DNA of 64,000 nt, taken from NCBI GenBank assembly GCA_965203295.1, contig CBDBCZ010000018.1:1600001-1664000 (forward strand). Direction: 5' to 3'. A model generated the notes under the pieces. That model saw only the letters and a program-made list of their open reading frames with translations, had not been told where the DNA came from and ran no database searches. The DNA is from Nitrospirales bacterium (GTDB lineage Bacteria; Nitrospirota; Nitrospiria; Nitrospirales; UBA8639). Each line of letters starts with the position of its first letter. Position 1 is the stretch's first letter. A program made the translations under genes and the position numbers. Positions 13,084 to 23,588 of this stretch are shown here, one piece after another.

Positions 13084-13946
13084 TAGTCTCGTGAACCGGT
13101 GTACGCGCGATATCGGGACCCCCCGAAATGGGGACTCCCGGTCCCCGTATCGCTAGAGATATGGGGACCGGGGTCCCCGAAATCTCTAGCGATATGGGGC
13201 CCGAGGGGCCGCGAAACGCTGGCGATATGGGGATCCTTTAGTGATTTAGGGACCCCTACATTGTCTGTTCTGATCCCGCTAACTGCACCGTATCTTCAAT
13301 GAATAAATAACATGAAAGCATCTATTAGTGTAAGGTATTGTAGCAATGAATTCATACTAAGTCTTGTGAGTCAGCATGTTCTAATATGTTAGTTTAAGTA
13401 TATACAGCACAAATACATGAAAGGCACCAGCTAGTCTATCTACAGAGCATTCAAAACCAAGTTGTAATCCCATACCTCTATTAGCTACAGCTCCAGGAGT
13501 TAGTGCAAGGTATTGTATAGGGTTTGAAATTCATACATGTTCAGAATGTTCTAATGAGAATATATATGGAAGAAATAACACACCAACCATAAATATACAT
13601 AAAAGCAAAAGTTTACATACAGCTACTACAAAATCTTACATACAACTCGAGATAAAAACAAGGGAAATGTGCGTCCACTTTTATACCTATACCCATCGTT
13701 CACTACCGTTAGCGGTACAGGGGTCCCCAAGTCGCTGACGGGATCCCTGTACCGCTAGCGAAATAGGGCCTGTGGGGGTCCTCACATCGCTAGCGTTTTT
13801 GGGACGGGGTCCCCATATCGCGGGGCCGGGGGTCCCCAAATCGCGCTTACACCGGCCCACTTAATTTCCGCAGTGCCGATCGCTAATTAGTATGCGGCCG
13901 AAAGCGATCGGTGCTGAGGATCAAAGTAGGCTGGCTCGCGAGACTA
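13084..13946. mobile_element. Academ(H)-type MITE with 9-bp TSD, containing the nested Ginger MITE
   Basis: Termini tagtctcg..cgagacta flanked by ctaagcgcc at 13075-13083 and 13947-13955. TAG..CTA ends with a 9-bp TSD are AcademH features. Confidence 0.8.
13100..13851. mobile_element. Non-autonomous Ginger1-type DNA transposon (TGT..ACA, CCGG TSD)
   Basis: ccgg|tgtacgcgcgatatcgggacccccc ... gggggtccccaaatcgcgcttaca|ccgg; GC-rich TIRs of ~150 bp; absent from the paralogous site at 35331. Confidence 0.9.
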
Positions 13947-14496
13947 CTAAGCGCCCACCGCGGCGAAGAGCAGATGGTAAAGTACCCCACCGCCCTCGCG
14001 GAGACAGTTGGTATTCACTAGTTTGTTTGTATAGCTCATTCTTTACGGCTGCCTACCACGTTTTCGCCATCTAGGCAACAAAACACTATCTTCATTTGCT
14101 GTAGTTTGGCCTACAAACCTCCAAAAGCTGCTATACATAGCGCGAGGCTATCCTATACACTGCAGTTGATAGTAACATTTTGCGTGCATCGTTTCCCCCT
14201 CCCTTTTAGGTCACGCGGAACTTCATCAATCACCGCTAGGATACGCAGCTTGTCGGACCTCCTCGGCCTCTGGGACAAAACGAATTGCTTAACCCCGCTT
14301 GCGTATACGCGCGTGGGGTAAAAAAGTCTATCACTATTTTGACTACTAGAGACGGCCGGACAGGACCAAGGTCAGTGTATGTTGAAGGTGCACATACCAC
14401 TCACTTTTGACTACACTCGAAATCAATCCATAAATCCGATCTTCTTTGAAAGCTGGATACTTGCGATTCAGCTGTTAAATAGCTGTGGCCAAATCC

Positions 14497-14700
14497 TACG
14501 GTGGCCGAGAGCGGCCATTCACGTTTCGCGTTCACGTTCACGTTCCCTTACACGTTCACGTGCGCGTTCCTGTTCGCGTTCAGATGTGTGTACGCGTTTA
14601 TGTTCGCGTTCGTATCGTGTTCGTGTTCGCGTATCGCCATATTCACGATCACGTTCACGTGCGTGTTCGCGTTCGCATGCGTGTTCGCGCGTTCACGATC
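14497..14700 (+). mobile_element. Left end of IS3EU-like transposon with (cgttcr)n subterminal repeat
   Basis: Begins tacggtggccgagag exactly where similarity to the 35.9-kb paralog stops, followed by a ~180-bp gttcac/gttcgc array and then the transposase exons. Confidence 0.7.
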
Positions 14701-14854
14701 AGAATATAGTCAGTACTGTACTGGTTCCCAAAATCCCAGAGATAGTGCTCTATTAACATTTATTCATGGATAGAGCGAGTGAAGGCCCACGTAGTCTACA
14801 TCTTGCGGGATGGGCTTACGCGTCTCGCAGTGACACCGTGACCACACCTACTGC

Positions 14855-17103
14855 ATGGTTATACTCCTCGTGCTCGAAAACTGCAACGCGGTGGAGCCAA
14901 CTCCTTTCTCCGCGGCACTCTTACCTCTGGGCAGCCTAACAAGATCACAACTAATCATTCATTATGCTGATCTGGGCTACTCTACGGCAGAAATTCGAGC
15001 CTTTCTTACAGAAATTCATGGAGTGGAGATAAGGTTTGCACTAGCTATATAATTATATCTGTTATAATTTAGCTAAGTACATGTAGCTAGCTAGTCAGAG
15101 ATATTTACACACAGTTTACGACACTTGAGAAGGCTGAGGAAGTCATTGGGAGTGAACATGCGGAAGGCTAGGTACAGCTTTGATACCTATTGTGGTATAC
15201 AGGTAATCAGATAAACAGCAACTTGAATTCACATCACTAGATTGAACTCCAGGAATCCAGTGTTCTTCTTGGCTATCGTGGCTTGTGGAGAAAGCTGATT
15301 GCAAAATATAAGTTGTCTGTTCGAAGGTAGGTAATGTCTTGCTGTGTTTAAAGGTTTGGTTCATGAGAGTTTATGTCATACTTGTGCATAGGGATACAGT
15401 GATGGTTCTGCTGGCAGTTTTGAATCTGGAGCATTCGGAACAAAGAACCAAACGGAGGCTTAAGCGCCGTATCTATCGCAGCAAGGTGTTTGGCTATAGC
15501 ATGCATGCATATAGCTACAATTCAAAACTGCAATGAACAGGTGCTCATCACTTACAGGGGCCAAATTATATGTGGCATTGCGATGGATACGACAAGATAA
15601 AACCATTTGGAATAGCAATTCATGGCTGCATTGATGGGTAAGTTTTTGTACATACTGCATGGAAAGTACTGCAGTGGGTGGCTCTTGGTATACTTAGTGA
15701 ATGATTCAAATTGGATAACATTAATTCTATTGTACTACTGTAACAGATATTCCAGACGATTGATGTGGCTGAGGGCAACAAAATCTAACAACAACCCCGC
15801 TTACATAGCAAAGTACTTTGTTGACTGTGTACAAAATGTAGGTGGTAAGTTTCCTTTTCATTTTTGTATTACTGTAAGCTTATAGCATTGAGTTCACTTC
15901 AACAGGATGCCCAAGGATATTGCGCACTGACCCAGGGACTGAAAACAGCACTATAGACTAGCTGTCATCCAACCTGTTCTCCGCCACAATGGGACTGATG
16001 AATTTGCTGGTGCTGCTAGTCACTGATATGGTAAATCATTATCCAATCAGGTAAAGAAACCTTGTATAGTTTGGTGACCGTGAACAGAGAATTATTCTAT
16101 TATAATATTTTTATTAGCGAATTGAAGCATTCTGGTCCCAGCTTTGAAAGCAAAAGCTAGAATGGTGGATAACATTCTTCAAAGTTAGTTGACCAAGAAA
16201 TTAGTTCATTCCATCTTGCTGAGTTTGTGTTTCTATACACATTATAGGAATTTGAAGCTGCCGGACACTTTAACAGTGCTATTAACTATCATAAGTAAGT
16301 ATTGTATAAGTGTGCATGAAGTTTTAGTGCAGCCTTGGACCCATGCCGACTCCAGATCACTTCTAAAGAATTAAGTCCTACTTACAACTGGACATATAGT
16401 ATAAGAATTTGTTTTAAATTGTCTAAACTTGTACTAGCCTGGGTCAAAGTCTATAAAATAGGCATTTGTGTATGGACTTCGAAGGCTTAAGGTAATCCAT
16501 CCTAATTATTTTCACTCCCTTTACAGAGATGCTGTGCGTTTCTCTTTTGGCCCCATCTCCAGAAAGAGTTGGATGACTTTGCACTCTTATGGAATAATCA
16601 CAGAATTAGACATTCAAGGATGGCAGAGGTGCCTCATGGAATTCCTGAGATACTATACTTCATACCACACCAGTCAGGTGGTTCATATGTGAACTTGATT
16701 TCGGGTGATTTATTAAGCCATGCATCTTATTTATAGGTGGAGTCCAGATGAAATGTGAAGTACATTTTCAATTACTATAGACGAAATTGAACGTGATGTG
16801 TGCGAGCAGTATCCCATGATGGTATCCAACGAGTTTCAGGCTTGTGCTGAAAACATTCTTTCAAGGTTTAACCCTTTACCAACCGTAAGAAACCGCTTAA
16901 AGAAGCTGAAAAGCCTGTACAAAGTATTAACGCCTAGTATTAAACCCCCCATATAAATTCATATGGGCTTATGGGAGCTCATGACGCATATATACGTCGT
17001 TGGTTGGTAAAGAGTTAACTTAAGAATCCCTAAAACAGTCGAAGAGGCCACTGAAGTGTACTTTAGCATTACTACATTTATAGAAGCAAATCAAAATGAA
17101 TGA
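14855..17103 (+). pseudogene. Spliced IS3EU-like DDE transposase (N-terminal HTH + integrase core), inactivated
   Basis: About ten exons give LGYSTAEIRAFL, LGYRGLW, RRLKRRIYRSK/GPNYMWHCDGYDKIKPFGIAIHGCIDG/YSRRLMWL..SNNNP/GCPRILRTDPGTEN/SNQ/RIEAFWS/WNNHRIR/PKTVEEATEVY. In-frame stops at ~16024 and ~16145 and a MITE insertion at 16872. Confidence 0.85.
16872..17014. mobile_element. piggyBac-type MITE (TTAA TSD) inserted in the last transposase exon
   Basis: ttaa|ccctttaccaacc ... ggttggtaaagag|ttaa; removing it restores SRFNLRIPKTVEEA. Confidence 0.9.
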
Positions 17104-17209
17104 AATTTCATGGACTGCAATGTCATAAATCACGAACAGGTATGATAACTCTAGAGCTAAACGTCAGAACAAAGTTGCGGTATATATGGGGCTGCTCTCC
17201 ATATACTAA

Positions 17210-18035
17210 ACTACATCATGTCATCATTCCAGGCATAACCAAATCCATTTATGTCACATCTCGGACACAACAACTGGGGGTCCGCATAAAAGAAGTCCAT
17301 TCCATCGGGCATCTTGCAGAGAGTTTCCGGAATGTATGTCCGAAATTCATTATGACACTCCTCATGATCACATCGTTCTTGGACAAAGGTGGTATGACCT
17401 ATAAAAAAAAGTGGTCTGACTACAGGGAATGTCTAACAGACCTCACTCATGCCAACATTATTAAGAGACAAAAGGTTCAACATGGACGTGATTACATACC
17501 ATATTGATATAAAGGGATATTAGTTACAAAATTTAATGCAAGTCAACCCCCACCCTCTCCCCTGAACAATTTTCTCATAAAAAAGTATAATACAGCTTAC
17601 TTTTTCACACTATATTCACGTAAGTAGAAATCATACATGTAGAAGTGGTCATTGCACTTACGAACTGGCTGTGCTGAAGTACTAAGAGGGACGAGTGGTG
17701 GGGGACCATGAGAGGGAAATTTGGGTTGCTGGTTAGATGGAGACTTTGGCTGTTGGTTAGATGTTTGGCGGCTAGGTGGAGAATGTGACCGGCGGTGAGA
17801 CGATTGGCGGCTTGGTGGAGAACGTGACCGGCGGTGACACGATTGGCGGCTTGGTGGAGAACGTGACCGGTGGGGAGCTGACTGGTGGAGAGATGATGAC
17901 TCTATAGACTCGCAACGGGATGCTACCTTGCGGACCGAGAGTGATGGTGCAGGGATGGACCGGGGGAAGAGTCATCATCAGTGTCACTGTCTTCACTGTC
18001 ATCCTTACTTGATGGAATAATGCTCTACAAAATAA
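17210..18035 (-). CDS. Putative 3' exons of a convergent gene: acidic/RS-rich block and a Cys-containing last exon
   Basis: Minus-strand 18030-17660 reads ..DDSEDSDTDDD..RSRSPPSRQS..PPPLVPL with a donor at ~17660. 17398-17210 reads GHTTFVQERCDHEEC..LLCPRCDINGFGYAWNDDMM*. Contains a 39-bp tandem repeat at 17772-17870. Confidence 0.45.
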
Positions 18036-18222
18036 TGACATCCAATATAAAAAATTGTAGAGACTTAGATCACAGCAAATGATCTAATAACTAGCTCTAT
18101 CCTAATTGCCAAATGTTTCGACTGCCATACAGCAGTATTCTCGGAGTCAGTGGCAAATGACAAAAATTCACTACAGACTATGCCAGTGAGCAGTGACAAG
18201 CATACAAAAATAGCGGGAGAAT

Positions 18223-19145
18223 GCTCTCCTCGTATCTATCGAGAGATCAAACTCTCAGACAGGTTTCTCGTATGACAGGCAGGATCTATGGAATTTACCT
18301 ACAGCAATGCGTCAGACTCCAATCGACATAATAACGCGAGATGTACAGAGGAATTCTAGCCTCAAGGAGCTCGAATTTAACGATGTCTGGACTGCTACTC
18401 TTGACGGGACGTTTTCGAACAATGGTCTAACCCCCCGGTTTGTTGCCTCTACTGGTGGAACGGCTACCGTTCGCAATCACCTTGACCTCCTCAATTTTCA
18501 CCTGCACTGGGGACGCGAAAATGACCACGGTACGGGGCATCGCATAAACGGAGAAGAATTCGGACTGGAGGTCCACTTTGTGACCTTATTACAAGGAGAA
18601 GGCTCAGTAAACCTTAGTAACACAAGTCGCGGTGACCTTATTTCTGTCATAAGTGTGCTCGCAGAAGTGGATGATACTGCTGAAATTTTAGGAGTCTGGG
18701 AGAAACTCAACATCTATGCGATTATCGGGGCTGGAAACAGTACTGCAGTAACTGGATTGAGTTATCCCTCAGTTTTGCCAGAGAATAGCGACTACTACTA
18801 CTATCCAGGTTCTCAAACGAGCCCACCTTGCTATGAATTTGTACAGTGGTTCGTGTTGCAGAACAGGATCAAAATGCCAAGACCTTTCTTGGAACAACTG
18901 CGAACAGTTCGGAACTTTAATGATGAGCCTATTACACTTAACAACAGAGATGCCCAGCCTCTCAATGGCCGTATTGTATCCGTTCTTCCCTCCTCATTAG
19001 CGCTTGATCTTGTCTTTATAAACGACACCCCACAAGTCAACGGCAGTGGTATTCTCCATGCTAAGTTTGCTACCAATATGCCTGGAACTGATATCTTTCT
19101 CACATGTCGTCTGGAAGGCCCTAGTGGCACTATCACGCAGGATTG
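18223..19145 (+). CDS. Alpha-carbonic anhydrase, 5'-truncated duplicate with open frame and C-terminal extension
   Basis: ORF 18307..19185: RQTPIDI, FHLHWG (two Zn His), EVHFV (third His), YYYYPGSQTSPPCYEFVQW, NNRDAQPLNGR. The start codon and most of the signal peptide are missing relative to the 56.5-kb copy; probable donor after ..QDC at ~19145. Confidence 0.9.
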
Positions 19146-21739
19146 TAAGCATTCATGCTGTATATATATATTATTACACGAGTGAGCGGGTAGCTGGAGA
19201 GGGTCACAGGAGCCTGTCAGTCAAGTTTAATGTCTAGTTATACCTGTACATGTAGTCAATTTGATTTTATGAGAACGATTGCAACAAAATAGCAGATGTT
19301 GACTCCATTTAGTCTTGTAATGTATTATGTATTCATTCTTGAGTTAATCCAATACTTTTTTGTAGCCTCATTTTCGAGGCATACAATTTTGAGAGGCACT
19401 ACCTATTTACCTTCTCCTGTGGACAACCAACTTGCAAACATCTGTATATAAAAAGAGTGTTAATTACTTAATTATGTCTTTTATCATGTGTAGTCTTTGG
19501 CCTGACTGACAGTCGCATGAGTTCCATGACATCCCTTGGAGCAAGGTAGAAGTGGAGAAGTCTACATCTTCAGAAACATAAGGTCTGGATCGTCAGCTAT
19601 ACTCAACATGTGAGTTCAAATACAGTTAATCCAATACTTTTTTGGGTGGGGGGGGGGGGGGAGGGGGGGTGTTTGTCCAGGGCAATAGGCAAATAGCAGA
19701 AACTGTGTAAACTGTTAGCTTTTGATTATGACAGCCTAACCTAGTTAGGAACCTGAGAGTCACTACCCATTTGCCTTCTCTTGTGGACAACCAACTTGCA
19801 AACCTCCCTATATGAATATATTATTGAACTGAGAGTTTTAAGAGTGTTAATTAATAATCATGTCTTTTATCATGTGCAGTCTTTGACCTGACTGACAGTC
19901 GCATGAGTTCCATGACATCCCTTGGAGCAAGGTAGAAGTGGAGAAGTCTACATCTTCAGAAAAATAAGGTCAGAATGTCTTGCAAGCTAGGCTTTGTGGG
20001 GCTCATGCTTCTGGATGTGAGAAATATTCTAATGTGTGAAAGCAGTGAGACCACAGTCAATAGCTATGCTGTTGAAATAAGTATGCCAATGCATTTTCAG
20101 TACATGTAGAATCATCCAGCCAACTCACTAAACTGGGAGTAGCCAGTTAGGAAGATGGTATTTACTAGCATGACTTTCATTTATGGCTACAAAGAAAAGT
20201 TTGATTGCTGCCAACTGCATGCATTTTGTGGGCATTTATCAATAGAAAGGCCATTAGCCAGATGGTCCCAGCCTGTCTCTGCATGGTATATTGTGCTAAA
20301 GGTGAGTAAGGACAATTGTTTGTGGGTACAGTAAATTTATGACATAGAGTGCTACAACTGACTTGAAGCAAGCAAATTAGTTACAGGTAGCTAGGTGCTG
20401 AAGGATGGCTACTGGAGCAATTACGTCCAGTGTACACTTCAAAGAACTGAATTGTTACTGTCACGCTTTGGTTCGAAAAGATAATGTTTTCACTTGTTAC
20501 ATACGTATCGCACTTCTTAGTTAGGTTCTGTTTCTGTATTAGATGTATTATGACCTCCTGGCAGACCAGCCTCTTGGCTGAAGGAGCTTCATTAGAATTT
20601 ACCTACAGTGTTGCTAGGCTGCAGGAAAACACTCATGGTATTACTGGTAACTGTCTGCATCTAGCCTAGAACCCAGCTGTCCCAGCTACTGGTTTGAATT
20701 AGTAATAAGGTGTATAACCTGCATACACACTTGGCGGACCTGTTAAACTTGTATGGTAGCTTGCTACATTGACACGGATGTGTCTCTACGTATATATAAT
20801 AAGCCAATATGAACACGTGTCCAGAGTCCGCATTTGCTCAGCCCCCATCGTATTCTAGTTGTGACTGTATTAAAAATGTGGACTCTATCGTCGGTAAATA
20901 AGAAATGTGATGAATAGAACCGTCCCTAGTTCACATATATTCATTTTTTAGGGGATTTCAATGTAACTGTTGGGTTTAGCAATCACTTAACAGTATAAAT
21001 CGCGAGAAAGAGACAGACTGAACCAAGTGACAGGTAACAAAGTAAATGCCAGCATACACAGTACCACTGTTGCAGTCTAGGGGGATATAAACCTTACAGT
21101 TGTACATATTCTACAGGTCGTGAAACATTAGTTAGCTCTAAGGGACTCATTTAACTACAGCTGATATGGGGCCATTGAACCAGGTGTAATCCTACTCCAA
21201 TAATTGGAGCTTGCATAGTCTATGAATGTGACATCCAAGCTGGAGTGTGAGACATGTGCCATGCTGGTTGATGCTGTGAAGAATACAGGAAGGTTGCCAG
21301 TAGTTGTAATACACCTGGATACACTGCATGCATTCTTCCCATCAATGCCCTGTTTATTAGCTTGCTGGGTACGTATATAGCTTCTGGTAACGTCATGAAT
21401 TGCCTGCATGACAATAGGAACGAGCATGTCATCAGTGACATTACTCCAATTATTTGAACTTTGAGGTTAGATCATCAAACTGGGTGGTTTCTTAATAAAA
21501 GTATCCTATGTTCTTTATCTATCTGATGGCCCATGGGATTTCTTGAACCACTAAGGCTGAGTAACTAAGACATATAAGTGAGCAACAACAGCCAGAGCAA
21601 TATACAGATGCTTAAAGTACAATTTTAGCTTTGAGATACACATGTACAGCTAGATTTTCATCATGAAACCATGTTTGTCAGCCTATCTAGATGTACAGCT
21701 TCTGGAAACCTTCATGAATTCACTATCACGTATATAAAA

Positions 21740-22087
21740 CAAAGCCCGCCCTCTCCTAATTATTGAGTACACTAAACTCTTTAAAATCTTCCACCAACAG
21801 ATTGTCTAAGTCTTCCATGAAAGTATTTCTAATAGTATCATACACAGGACACTCCCAGAGCACATATACCATTCTTCCCCACATAACTTACACTGCCTAT
21901 CATCATTTTTACTCCTGATATCTTCATTCAGACCATTAGTACCAGACCTAAACTTAACATCAATCGCGTTCCTGAGTTTAACTTTACTATGTAAGCCATC
22001 ATTAAAGTCTTTATATTCTCTGTATCTCAATGCTTCATCTACTCTCTCTAAAAGCAAGGCTACATCATAATCTAGGAACCTTACCAA
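21740..22087 (-). mobile_element. LINE 3' fragment (C-terminal Cys-rich region of ORF2)
   Basis: KFRSGTNGLNEDI..CKLCGEE..C; second copy at 62950-63304. Confidence 0.7.
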
Positions 22088-22400
22088 AGCTGTAGCACCC
22101 TTGGTGTTATGTCTGCAGGACTTGTATACAGTCTGGCCTGTAGTACTGTGTGGAAGAGATATACAGCTGGGTCCCGATTTTTTCTGGATTTCTTTACTCT
22201 CTCAGAAAGCTTTCTTCTCTTGAAGAGTTCACAATGTGAGTACTTAGTTTTCAGTTCTGTGTCTTTGGTGGTTTAATTACCCCGGCAGACTGATTCAGGC
22301 TAAGTTTGGGTGTAGCATGTTTCTCGTGTTTAGATGGGGGAGAGGCCTATAATGAGAGAGTAATTACAGTTGGAATTGGCTGGGTCCTACTGACAAGTGC

Positions 22401-22591
22401 TACTAGCAGGTTTAGTGGCTACATAAAGCTTGCCTACTGCTCCTCTGCCAAGGGGCCTCCAGTAGCTCAATTGGTAAGAGCATCTGACTAGTATTCAGAA
22501 GGTCCTGGGTTCAATCCCCAGCTGGGTCCCGATTTTTTCGGGATTTCTTTACTCTCTCAGAAAGCTTTCTTCTCTTGAAGAGTTCACAATG
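22401..22591 (+). mobile_element. tRNA-Thr(AGT)-like repeat (SINE-like) with conserved 50-bp leader and 60-bp tail
   Basis: 22452-22530 has A box tagctcaattgg, anticodon arm tctga-ctAGTat-tcaga and B box ggttcaatccc, followed by a T-run. Copies at 31097, 63618; tail-only copies at 22162, 63381. Confidence 0.85.
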
Positions 22592-23014
22592 GTATTGTTG
22601 TTGTTACTGATATCAATGCTAGCTAGCCTTCCATATTACTTGTAGCAACATTGCATATATATGCTGAAAATCATGCATGCAGTACTGCTACTGTTCTGTG
22701 CAGATAATTATACTTACACTTGTGCTATTATGTGATCACAAAATCTGGTTTGTTTTCTTCATTGAAACTCATCAGTGATATGATGAAAATGATGTCGCTT
22801 GTCATAGTAATCTGATCCCACCCCTTTAATTGGGGTAAGTCATGGCTATATACCCTTACGTCATGCATGTACACAAATTCTAAATGGAGGTGGTTCCCGA
22901 AACCTTCTCCAGTTACTATGTTGAGTCCCTTGATAGCAGATGAAAGACTCAAAAATGTACGACATGTCATTGACAAGTATTGTAGTCCCAAAACACTACG
23001 TCGAGGTCTATACC

Positions 23015-23096
23015 TAGCCTCGTTCCCAGGCTCTACTGACCAGCTTTTTTCGCACGTAGTAAAATAAGCGGTCAGTAGAGCCCGGGAACGAGGCTA
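23015..23096. mobile_element. Academ-type MITE, 82 bp, 9-bp TSD
   Basis: gtctatacc|tagcctcgttcccaggctctactgacc ... ggtcagtagagcccgggaacgaggcta|gtctatacc. Confidence 0.9.
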
Positions 23097-23588
23097 GTCT
23101 ATACCTACATACTCTGACATCTACAATTCATGGAGTCAACATATTCTTTGCAGTGAAGAGCTACATTCTTTTTCATACACTCATGCACTTTAAAGTGCCT
23201 TTTGTTCAAAGCATGTACTTTCCAGTACTCGATTTTAGGTTGGCCCACTATGGCTCTCAGCCCTTCAAATTATCTCCAGATTACTTGTAGCAACATTGCA
23301 TATTATATGCTGAAACATGCATGCAGTACTGCTATTGTTCTATGCAAATATATTTACACTAGTGCTATTATGTATTCACAAAATCTGTTTTGTTTTAAAA
23401 ACTTATTTCGTTGATAGTCATCAGTGATGTAATGAAAATGATGTCACTTATAGTAATCTGATACCACCCCTTTAATTGGGGTAAGTCATGGCTATATACC
23501 CTCACGTCATGTAGAATGTGAGAATATTTTAAAAGGAAAATCAGTTGTCAATCTCATACAATCATAGCATTGCTATTGCAAGAAGTGG

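Larger units (their letters stand above)
12665..14496 (+). repeat. Dispersed duplication of 34864-35959 (interrupted by a Ginger-type MITE)
   Basis: Near-identical sequence; ORFs 14106 and 35488 share AYKPPKAAIHSARLSYTLQ. Confidence 0.95.
18223..22780 (+). repeat. Segmental duplication copy A (partner 56517-63997)
   Basis: Collinear near-identical CA, repeats, LINE 3' fragment and tRNA-like repeat; paired ORFs 21155/61966 and 21806/63023. Confidence 0.95.

Noticed and set aside
14379..14773. RS-, VR- or FAF-rich ORFs in three frames
   Set aside because: Artefacts of the (cgttcr)n subterminal repeat.
18498..19136. Minus-strand ORFs over the carbonic anhydrase (also 56791-57430)
   Set aside because: Antisense shadows of the CA frame.
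22452..22530. Functional tRNA-Thr gene
   Set aside because: Irregular acceptor stem, diverged copies with shared flanks, and tail-only copies indicate a repeat.
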